DNA from: Candidatus Aminicenantaceae bacterium
Lineage (GTDB): Bacteria > Acidobacteriota > Aminicenantia > Aminicenantales > Aminicenantaceae
Assembly: GCA_041862375.1 (NCBI GenBank)
Contig: JBGVTE010000141.1
Span: forward strand, 83,872-147,871
Length of the DNA stretch: 64,000 bases
Direction of reading: 5' to 3'
Below the pieces are notes generated by a model, which was not told the origin of the DNA, searched no databases, and saw only the letters and a list, made by a program, of their open reading frames with translations. Both the position numbers and the translations under genes were made by a program. Positions 37,588 to 45,632 of the stretch are shown here, one piece after another (positions within the stretch are counted from its first letter, which is position 1; each line of letters opens with the position of its first letter).

Positions 37588-38934
37588 TTATTTATAAAGC
37601 TTCTCACGGGATATCTCTATTGCTAGGTTGAACTCGCCAGCAAGAACTTGTGCAGCCACTGAAGCAGCAAACTCTCTGGCAGTTTTTATGCCCATAATCC
37701 TCAGTGCTTCGCGACCACCAGGGGAGATAAATCCTTCTCGAGATGATACAGTCCCCACTTCTATATTAGGAAGTTCCACTCCATAAATAAGATCTCCTTT
37801 TTCAGCTCTGGCATATATGCTTTGGAAAGAAGAAACAAGGCAACTTTGGGGATTGACTTTGGCTGCTTTGTAAATAGCCGGTATTATTTCTCCTCCCATA
37901 CCTGAATAGAATTGACAGCCTAATTTTTGTGCGCCTGTGCAGTCTAACTCAACAAAAGAGAGGAGCTTCTCTGCATCAATTCCTATGAACTGTTCAATGT
38001 CCTGCATAGGAACCTTAACCTGAGCAGATGCATATCTTCCCCGTTTATTTCGAGGGCTTGGCTTTAGATCGCCATCATACCCTTGTGCTATTACGCTTAA
38101 CTCATATTCTATGCCAATTTTTTGAAACTGCACCTCGATCAGCTTTTTAGCATACCCCACAGCGCCACTTATCGCGCCATGTCCCCTGAAGTTTACAAAG
38201 TCAGAGGCAAAATCTACATAGAGAATAAAGCCCCTTTGGTTTTCGACTTCTAAAAATTCCACAAAGCTGATTCGGCCTCCAAATTCTGACATCTTTTTAT
38301 TCATCCCGATTTTAAGCTCTGGCAGGAGTGCTTCAATTGTGCTGAGTGCTTTTTTTCGTAATTGTTCTTTTTTAAATATATATCCAAGGCACCGGGCCGC
38401 TCTACCGAACTCTGAGACTTTAACCTCAGCTCCACCAAAAGTGTTGATTATGTAACATCCCCTCGTTACCCCGATAGGTCCTAATCCTGTTCCGTAAATA
38501 AGAAGATTTGTGAACTCTTTCTCGACATCACCCTTCACTTTTATTCTTCCAGCATAGGAGTAATAATCTTCGCTTCCTCCGATGTAGTTGTTGACAAGAG
38601 GGGAGTATTTACCAAGGGATTTCAGCGGAGAGCCGCAGATTGTGCACGTAAGCTTGCTATCCAATGCATCGAGTTCCCAGAAAATGTTATCTCTTTCGCA
38701 CTGGTAATGGATCTTATAAGGTTTCTCAGATATGCGGATGAATTCGAACTTCTCTCCTGTTTCCTTTTCAATAAATTTCTGTCTGCATAATGCAGCGATT
38801 GAATAATTATCAGGAGGAAGTATTCCGATATTTGTCGCTATTTCTTCTTCTACTTTCCAGGGAGGGAGTTTTCCCAATTTCAATTGTTCAACACACTCTT
38901 GAATGGCGATTTTTTCTTTATAGCTATTTTTCAT
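37588..38934 (-). CDS. HMG-CoA reductase-like domain protein, divergent (Zn-ribbon-like N-terminal region; lacks canonical GTVGG and C-terminal catalytic-His flap)
   Basis: C-terminus 'EVGTVSSREGFISPGGREALRIMGIKTAREFAASVAAQVLAGEFNLAIEISREKLYK*' aligns with HMGR 'E(I/V)GTVGG...LAGELSL.AALAAGHLV'. The protein ends where the His-containing flap would begin. Confidence 0.55.
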   Translation of the reverse strand: MKNSYKEKIAIQECVEQLKLGKLPPWKVEEEIATNIGILPPDNYSIAALCRQKFIEKETGEKFEFIRISEKPYKIHYQCERDNIFWELDALDSKLTCTICGSPLKSLGKYSPLVNNYIGGSEDYYSYAGRIKVKGDVEKEFTNLLIYGTGLGPIGVTRGCYIINTFGGAEVKVSEFGRAARCLGYIFKKEQLRKKALSTIEALLPELKIGMNKKMSEFGGRISFVEFLEVENQRGFILYVDFASDFVNFRGHGAISGAVGYAKKLIEVQFQKIGIEYELSVIAQGYDGDLKPSPRNKRGRYASAQVKVPMQDIEQFIGIDAEKLLSFVELDCTGAQKLGCQFYSGMGGEIIPAIYKAAKVNPQSCLVSSFQSIYARAEKGDLIYGVELPNIEVGTVSSREGFISPGGREALRIMGIKTAREFAASVAAQVLAGEFNLAIEISREKLYK

Positions 38935-39032
38935 GCCCTTTTTCCCCTAAAAGTCTTATATCAGACAAGAAATATGAAGTCAAAATATATTGTGTTATTT
39001 ACAAATAATAATTATTATTATATAGTAATTAT

Positions 39033-39479
39033 ATGATATTAAAAGGTAAGCAATTAACAGTAGATTTTTTAAGAGCCAAATGTAAAGAGCATAATCTCAA
39101 AGTGACTCCACAACGTGCTGCAATTTTCGAGGAATTACAAATGTCAAATGATCACCCCAGTGCAGATGTGATTTATCGTAGAGTCAAAAAGATCTTTCCT
39201 TACATCTCGTTTGATACAGTATACAGGACACTTATAACCTTTGATAAAATCGGAATAATCACTGTGGTTGAAGGTTACGGTGAACCAAAACGCTTCGATT
39301 CAAACTTTGAGACACATCATCATTTCAGGTGTTTAAAGTGTAATACCATAATGGATTTCTGGGATGAATCTTACGATAACATAGACATTCCAGAAAAACT
39401 TAATAAACAGTGTACAGTACTTAACAAGAAAGTTATCCTAGAAGGCATTTGTGAAGAATGTAGGAAAAAAATATTATAA
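39033..39479 (+). CDS. Fur-family transcriptional regulator (PerR/Fur-like)
   Basis: wHTH N-terminus 'TPQRAAIFEEL', then 'HHHFRCLKCN' and 'CEEC' metal sites. Confidence 0.85.
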   Translation: MILKGKQLTVDFLRAKCKEHNLKVTPQRAAIFEELQMSNDHPSADVIYRRVKKIFPYISFDTVYRTLITFDKIGIITVVEGYGEPKRFDSNFETHHHFRCLKCNTIMDFWDESYDNIDIPEKLNKQCTVLNKKVILEGICEECRKKIL

Positions 39480-39544
39480 TGCGTACGAAAAGCAAAAGAT
39501 GAAAAATAAACAAATTAAAGACAGTATGGATAGGAGAAATTGAC

Positions 39545-40774
39545 ATGGAAATCGCAAAAAGAATTATTATCTTTACCGCAGTTCTTTCATTAGTTTTGTC
39601 TATTGGAAGTAATGAAAGAGCCAAGTTTTCACCTAAAGAGCAATTGGGGAAGAGATTGTTTTTTGATACGAATCTTTCCACCCCGAGGGGACAAGCTTGT
39701 GCTTTTTGTCATAGTCCTGAGGCTGGCTGGACTGGACCAGATGGAGCTGTTAACAAATCAGTGGCAATCTACGAGGGTGCAGTGCATGGGCGCTTTGGGA
39801 ACCGTAAACCTCCCTCTGCTGCCTATGCCGGAGACAGTCCTAAGTTGTACCGGGATGATGAGGGAAATTTTATCGGTGGTATGTTCTGGGACGGAAGGGC
39901 ATCAGGAGATGTCTTAGGAGATCCGCTTGCTGAGCAAGCTATGGGGCCATTTCTTAATCCGCTCGAGCAGAACAATCCCGACAAGAAGAGAGTTATAATG
40001 CAAGTGCGCAATTCAGATTATGCACAACTATTTGAGAAAGCATGGAGACCTGAATCAATCGATTGGGAGGGAGATATCGACGGGACATATGAAAAGATAG
40101 CTTTCTCTATTGCTGCCTATGAGAGGTCGGCTGAGGTCAATCCGTTCAGTTCAAAATTTGATGATTTCTGGAGGAAGGCCACATCTACTATGCTCAAAGT
40201 GGAAATAATTGATGAGTCGAACTGGAAAAACTATGAGAATATGGGATTAAATGAGAATGAACTCAAGGGCCTTATACTGTTTAATACAAAGGGTAAATGT
40301 TCAAATTGCCATGTTTTAACATCCGGAGACGACAAGCCTCCTTTATTCACAGATTTTACCTACGATAATCTGGGAGTTCCCAAGAATCTGAAAAATCCTT
40401 TCTACAGTCTGAATGAAAAATGGAATCCTGATGGAAAGGATTGGGTGGATAATGGTCTCGGAGGATATCTTGAAAAAACAGATAAATATGCAAAATTCGC
40501 GGCTGAGAACTACGGGAAACACAAAGTTCCAACCCTTCGTAATGTTGATTTAAAACCCAACAGCGACTTTGTCAAAGCATACATGCACAATGGTTTCTTT
40601 AATAGTCTCAAGGATGTTGTACGCTTCTACAACACACGAGATGTGGCTGATGCAAACTGGTCTCCACCTGAAATCAGAAAAAATGTTAATAAAGATGAAA
40701 TGGGAAGCCTGGGTTTAACGTCTGAAGAAGAAGAGGCCATTGTTACATTCATGAAGACTCTTACTGATAAATGA
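39545..40774 (+). CDS. Di-heme cytochrome c peroxidase family protein
   Basis: Signal peptide; heme motifs 'CAFCH' and 'CSNCH'; ~410 aa. Confidence 0.85.
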   Translation: MEIAKRIIIFTAVLSLVLSIGSNERAKFSPKEQLGKRLFFDTNLSTPRGQACAFCHSPEAGWTGPDGAVNKSVAIYEGAVHGRFGNRKPPSAAYAGDSPKLYRDDEGNFIGGMFWDGRASGDVLGDPLAEQAMGPFLNPLEQNNPDKKRVIMQVRNSDYAQLFEKAWRPESIDWEGDIDGTYEKIAFSIAAYERSAEVNPFSSKFDDFWRKATSTMLKVEIIDESNWKNYENMGLNENELKGLILFNTKGKCSNCHVLTSGDDKPPLFTDFTYDNLGVPKNLKNPFYSLNEKWNPDGKDWVDNGLGGYLEKTDKYAKFAAENYGKHKVPTLRNVDLKPNSDFVKAYMHNGFFNSLKDVVRFYNTRDVADANWSPPEIRKNVNKDEMGSLGLTSEEEEAIVTFMKTLTDK

Positions 40775-40865
40775 GTGTTGAGCATTTTTGCCAACATCCT
40801 TGCAAGAAAAAATGTAAAAAAATATTAAAAACGACATGATAGAATCAGGAAGATAGGAGGAAAGA

Positions 40866-41633
40866 ATGAAGAAGAAATTAATAATCTTTACAACCTTATT
40901 ATTTCTGATCTTAGTTTCTAATTCATATTCTCAGTTTTATAAAGTTTACGGTTATGCAACGAGAGCGGAGGATGAAGCTGAAATTTCGTTGTGGACATCT
41001 TATATCAGCCAAAGCGACCATTATCATTCCTTTTTTGACAAAAAAGTCAAAAGAGAGGGGCTATGGGCTCATTCAGTAGAGCTTGAGTACGGAGTTACAG
41101 ATCGTTTTACTGTGGCAATCTATATTGATTTCGAAAATCCTTCTGGAGAAAGCCTCAAGCATATCCGAACAAATGCAGTGTTTTTCAGATACAGAATTGC
41201 CGAAAAAGGCTCATTCCTGTTTGACCCTGCCATCTACCTCGAATATTACATTCCGAGAAAGGATTACAGGGATTATGAAGAATTTGAAGCCAGGCTGATC
41301 TTAGAAAGAGATATGGGAGATTTCAGGCTTATTCTCAATCCAATTTTTGAAAAAAAGACAAGCGGGAGCTTGGTCAGTCAAGGATTTGAGTTTAATTACG
41401 CCGCAGGTTTCTACTACAGGAAATTTCACAGTGTTCAACCAGGAATTGAATTTCATGGAAAAATGGGAGAAATGAGTGAAAACATTCCCTTGGAAGAGCA
41501 GCGGCATTTCTTATTTTCTACGCTAGATTTCAAGTTCGGTCCAGGATTTCACTGGCACATTGGAACCGGGATTGGTTTAACAGACAAGAGTGATAAACTT
41601 ACTATCAAGAGTATCTTATCATTTAAATTTTAA
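40866..41633 (+). CDS. Putative outer-membrane beta-barrel protein
   Basis: Signal peptide MKKKLIIFTTLLFLILVSNSYSQ; ends ...SILSFKF (C-terminal Phe); amphipathic strand pattern. Confidence 0.6.
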   Translation: MKKKLIIFTTLLFLILVSNSYSQFYKVYGYATRAEDEAEISLWTSYISQSDHYHSFFDKKVKREGLWAHSVELEYGVTDRFTVAIYIDFENPSGESLKHIRTNAVFFRYRIAEKGSFLFDPAIYLEYYIPRKDYRDYEEFEARLILERDMGDFRLILNPIFEKKTSGSLVSQGFEFNYAAGFYYRKFHSVQPGIEFHGKMGEMSENIPLEEQRHFLFSTLDFKFGPGFHWHIGTGIGLTDKSDKLTIKSILSFKF

Positions 41634-42335
41634 TTAAGAAAAAACTGTTCCCCTGCTGATTTCTTCTAATAAGTTAATTCTTTTTTTATGTTCGGCGGGC
41701 ATCTCTTTGAAAGTATACACATTACCATCTTTTATGGTCACTGCTTGGGTGGCTAATTCCACAAATGGTTCGATAAAATGAGAGACTACTACGATTACAG
41801 TGCCAGCAGTGTTTTGCTGATGAATCCAATTAAGAATTTCTTTTTGAATTTTGCGGTCCATTGCTTCTAAGGGCTCATCGAGAAGAATATGCTCAGGAGT
41901 GCCAATGAAGGCAGCAGCAAAGACAGCCCGCCTTCTCTGGCCAAGAGAAAGTTCACGAACGGAACGGTTAGAAAGATTTAAGAGGCCAAAAAAGTCCAAT
42001 GCCTCTCTGCCTCTTTCGAATGGTTCCCCTCTAAGTCGGCAGACAAGGTTAAGAATTTCTTTTAATGTGGCATAAGGAGATAAATCAGGTTGCTCAGGAA
42101 GATAAGCAAGGCTTTTCCTGGCAGTAACTTCATCCTTCCAGAGATCATGGCCATTGATAGTAACCTTTCCTGTGTCAGGCTTTTCAACGCCTGCGGCAAG
42201 TTTCAGAAGAGTGCTCTTTCCACAACCATTCGGGCCAAGCAGTAGAGTAAGTCCAGGGGAGAGTTCAAGATTGATATTATCCAGAATTAGTTCATCTTTC
42301 TCATAAGAAAAAGAAGCTTTCTTAAAATGGATCAT
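41634..42335 (-). CDS. ABC transporter ATP-binding protein (small, CcmA-like size)
   Basis: GPNGCGKST, LSLGQRRRA, ILLDEPLEAMD. Confidence 0.85.
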   Translation of the reverse strand: MIHFKKASFSYEKDELILDNINLELSPGLTLLLGPNGCGKSTLLKLAAGVEKPDTGKVTINGHDLWKDEVTARKSLAYLPEQPDLSPYATLKEILNLVCRLRGEPFERGREALDFFGLLNLSNRSVRELSLGQRRRAVFAAAFIGTPEHILLDEPLEAMDRKIQKEILNWIHQQNTAGTVIVVVSHFIEPFVELATQAVTIKDGNVYTFKEMPAEHKKRINLLEEISRGTVFS

Positions 42336-43591
42336 TATTCACTCCATGAGAGAGAATCTCCTGCAGCAAGATGGTGCAGTTCAAGCCAGCGACTTACCTT
42401 TTGCGTTTGTTCTTCCTTTGCTGCTTTATTCAATGCCGGGAGTGTCATGGATAAAAAGCCAAGCGAAGCAAGAGGAATAAGGCATAACAGGAGTGCAAAC
42501 GGTATGCCAATCACGAGAATCCTGCCAGAGGCTCCCCACCGTGATTCAGGTGCCCTTCGGATTGCGCTTGAGGCGTAAAGTGAGAGCAAGGGTAGGCTTG
42601 CAATAAGAGGAAATATTATTCTTATATTCATAATCCCCAAAGTGATAAACAGAGGAATTGTGTGAAGGGCCAGGAAAAGCGAATCAATCGCAATTCTCCG
42701 CTTGGCTGACCAGGGCAAGGAGCGAATCCAAGGCCAGGGAGGCCTCCGTGAGGCTAGAATATTCGCGAAGGATGCACAGAAAACAATAATGCTCAAGGCA
42801 CCGCCAAAGCTAAGAGCTCTTAAAGATAGCAACGGATTGAAGTTGTTATTAGAGAGGAAAAGTGAAGTGGCGCCAATTATTATTGAAGAGAGCGTCCAAG
42901 GAAGGAAGAGCCTCAGTCGAAGAGCCCTCCACCCAATTGACACAATAAGCAATGAGCCTTTAAAGGCTCTGAGCAATCGATAGTGTCGTTTCTTTAGAGA
43001 AAGAGGCCCTGAAATCACATCTCCAATAAATATCAGAATTACGCCTGCTGGGAGGAATTGAAAATTTGCGGAAGAGACAAGGATACAAGCCAGGGCTGTT
43101 AGCGGGCTTGAGATGAGCCTTCTTTTAACAGGCAAAACACACTGGGCAGATGCCAAGCCGAGTAAAGGTAATCCCACTAAATAAGCCGCGACTGAAACTC
43201 GATGTTGCACGCAGGCTATAATGACAAGAGCGGCAATGATGGCCAGAATTGGGAACTGTGCAATAAAAATAGCGAATCCTGCCAGCCGACGGTTTGTGGT
43301 GCTTCCAACGGGAAGGTGACGGATCCACCCGTTGAGTCCCAGACAGACTCTGGGGGCTGCGATTTTTGCAATACTAAGGCAGATCAGAGTAGAGAACACT
43401 CCTGTGATCAAGAAATTGCTTTGGATTAGAGCAGCTATAACTGCATGGAAAAGTTCTGGTCTTAGCAAGTAATAGAGAGCAAAAATAGTTGTAACTATAG
43501 GAATGAATGTTCTTAGGGCGAGGCGGCTCCCAACACTCATGTGAAAACGGAGGAATGCCAAACCAGAGTTATTTCCCTCCAGCTTTCTCAT
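42335..43591 (-). CDS. Polytopic membrane protein, probable permease partner of the 41634 ATPase
   Basis: ~10 hydrophobic segments; stop/start overlap with the ATPase gene. The ORF-track start (TTG 43663) is replaced here by the first ATG (43591), which avoids overlap with the divergent peptide ORF. Confidence 0.6.
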   Translation of the reverse strand: MRKLEGNNSGLAFLRFHMSVGSRLALRTFIPIVTTIFALYYLLRPELFHAVIAALIQSNFLITGVFSTLICLSIAKIAAPRVCLGLNGWIRHLPVGSTTNRRLAGFAIFIAQFPILAIIAALVIIACVQHRVSVAAYLVGLPLLGLASAQCVLPVKRRLISSPLTALACILVSSANFQFLPAGVILIFIGDVISGPLSLKKRHYRLLRAFKGSLLIVSIGWRALRLRLFLPWTLSSIIIGATSLFLSNNNFNPLLSLRALSFGGALSIIVFCASFANILASRRPPWPWIRSLPWSAKRRIAIDSLFLALHTIPLFITLGIMNIRIIFPLIASLPLLSLYASSAIRRAPESRWGASGRILVIGIPFALLLCLIPLASLGFLSMTLPALNKAAKEEQTQKVSRWLELHHLAAGDSLSWSE

Positions 43592-43645
43592 TAGAAAGCT
43601 TATAACAGAGCGAAAATACGAAGTCAAATCAAAAGGAGGATAACC

Positions 43646-43786
43646 ATGATGACAAAAGATCAAGAGAAGTCAGAAGAGCAGATAAAAAAAGAAGATGCTA
43701 TGAAAAAAGTTGCCTGGCTTCCCGACATCAAACTGATTGCCAGACATAACGATGATTACAATATTTACCTCCTATTCAATAATTAA
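43646..43786 (+). CDS. 46-aa peptide ORF (candidate rSAM substrate/precursor)
   Basis: Strong RBS aaaaggagga 6 nt upstream. MMTKDQEKSEEQIKKEDAMKKVAWLPDIKLIARHNDDYNIYLLFNN: charged leader-like N-terminus, W/Y-containing C-terminus. First ORF of a peptide / membrane / rSAM series. Confidence 0.35.
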   Translation: MMTKDQEKSEEQIKKEDAMKKVAWLPDIKLIARHNDDYNIYLLFNN

Positions 43787-43848
43787 ATTTGATTATTTTT
43801 TCAATGGCTGATATTCTTATTCAACTAAATAAAGGAAGGAGTGACGCT

Positions 43849-44211
43849 ATGGCAGCACAAAGTGATAGTCATCAAAGCAATCAAAATTCTCAAAAGAGAG
43901 CGCTTGATAAGAAGTTGGACGCTATCGGCTGGGGATTGTTTCTTATCGTGATTGGTTGTCTGTGGCTTGTACCCGAAAAGACATTTCCGGAAAGTACCTG
44001 GCTTATTGGGACAGGGATTATCATACTGGTTCTCATGGCAGTACGCTATCTCTACAGTATCAAGATCAGCGGGTTCTGGCTTGTCCTGGGCATAATTGTC
44101 CTGGCCTTTGGGATAAGCGATGTCTTTGGTCTGAACATTCCAGTCTTTCCCATATTGATTATCATCTTTGGTGCAAGTATTATCCTCAAGCCGTTGTTAA
44201 AGAAATCGTAG
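43849..44211 (+). CDS. Small integral membrane protein (3-4 TM)
   Basis: RBS aaggaaggag then ATG at 43849; hydrophobic helices (GWGLFLIVIGCLWLV..., GIIILVLMAV..., FWLVLGIIVLAFGI..., VFPILIIIFGASIIL). Confidence 0.55.
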   Translation: MAAQSDSHQSNQNSQKRALDKKLDAIGWGLFLIVIGCLWLVPEKTFPESTWLIGTGIIILVLMAVRYLYSIKISGFWLVLGIIVLAFGISDVFGLNIPVFPILIIIFGASIILKPLLKKS

Positions 44212-44223
44212 GGAGGAGGGGAT

Positions 44224-45335
44224 TGACAATTCTTGCTGTGAAAGAAGAATTAAAAAAAGAGGTCAACTACAGTAAGGTACTGAGCGAGTCTCTAAAAATC
44301 TTTTTTAAAGATGCCTTACGGATAACGCTTAGAAAGCCATCACAGGCGTATTTTTTCTTCCGAACAATAAAGTGGCAGAAGAAAGCTGCCCGAGTTAGGT
44401 CAAAATGGGAACAGGAAGGTATACATGTGCCGCCAATCATGATTTTCAGTATTACTAACAGGTGTAATCTCCATTGCAAAGGTTGCTATCATCAAGCATT
44501 ACAGCGATCATCGAAGCAAGAAATGAGTAGTGACAAATTAAGAAGTATTATCTCCGAAGCAAGAGAACTTGGCATTTCTTTTATTGTACTTGCAGGAGGT
44601 GAGCCTCTGGTCCGCCCAGAGATTACAGATATTGTCAAGAGATTTCCTGAAATCATCTTCCTTGTTTTCACCAATGGCCTGCTCATTGATGATGAATTGC
44701 TGGTGAAGCTTGAGAAACTGAATAATTTTGTCCCCGTAATTAGCCTAGAGGGATATAAAGAAGATACAGATGGACGAAGAGGCAAAGGAGTTTATGAGAG
44801 CCTTTTGAATATAATCAAGAAGATAAAGGGGAGTGGTATCTTTTGGAGTGTCTCTTTGACTGTGACAAGATCAAACTTCTCATCAGTCATGGATTACCAG
44901 TTCATAAAAACCTTAACTGACCTTGGATGCAGACTGTTTTTCTTTGTCGAGTACACCCCGATCAAGGAAGGAACAGAAGACTGGCTCCTCACCGATGAGC
45001 AAAGAGGCAGTCTTCTGAGAATGAGAGATTCGTTTCGCTCAGAATTTAAGGCTCTTTTCATTGCTGTTCCTGGCGATGAAGAGGAAATTGGAGGCTGCCT
45101 GTCTGCTGGCCGGGGTTTTGTACATATCAGTGCAGAAGGAGATGTCGAGCCGTGTCCCTTTGCTCCCTATTCTGATACTAACCTGAGGGATTCATCACTC
45201 AAGGAGGCCTTGAAGTCTAGATTTCTCAGGAAAATTCGTCAAAACCATGAACACCTGAGTGAAGCTGAAAGTGGCTGTGCCCTCTGGATAGAGCGTGAAT
45301 GGGTACGTTCTTTGCTACATACGAAGGAACTTTAG
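44224..45335 (+). CDS. Radical SAM enzyme with twitch-type auxiliary-cluster domain
   Basis: RBS gggaggagggga then TTG at 44224. 'SITNRCNLHCKGCY' (CX3CX2C). 'LAGGEPLVRPEI'. C-terminal 'GGCLSAGRGFVHISAEGDVEPCPF' (C-x13-G-x4-C) plus one further Cys. The ORF-track 5' extension to 43956 is the off-frame shadow of the membrane gene. Confidence 0.8.
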
Positions 45336-45413
45336 TAAAAGATTTTTTTGACTATCGGGAAGGAACCTCTGCTGTTTTTACAGCACCTTAATTAACTGAT
45401 AATAGAGATGATA

Positions 45414-45443
45414 ATGCCGAAGAGGGGAATCGAGCCCCTGTGG
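45414..45443. repeat. Degenerate copy of the tRNA-Leu 3' end (att-like remnant)
   Basis: 'atgccgaagaggggaatcgagcccctgtgg' versus the tRNA's 'atgccgaagaggggactcgaacccctacga' at 48808-48837 (~25/28 identical, same orientation). Confidence 0.5.
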
Positions 45444-45632
45444 TTTTGTAACTTTTTTAAATTCAAGTATTTGTGACGTATGTTGTTGATTATACAAAAA
45501 ATCATACTTTGAATTGTTTTAAGTTGTTTTAAGCTATTTTGAAACTTTTTGCATCCAAATGGTCCCAAAATGGTCCCAAGCCTGTCTTGAACACATCGCA
45601 TGAGCGATCAAAAGGGAATTAAAATCCTCTAT

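Noticed and set aside
43956-44223. 5' extension of the rSAM ORF (ORF track start 43956)
   Set aside because: The translation (Cys/His/Trp-rich, MSVACTRKDISGKYLAYWDRDYHTGSHG...) is the off-frame shadow of the hydrophobic membrane-protein gene. A strong SD + TTG at 44224 gives a non-overlapping start.
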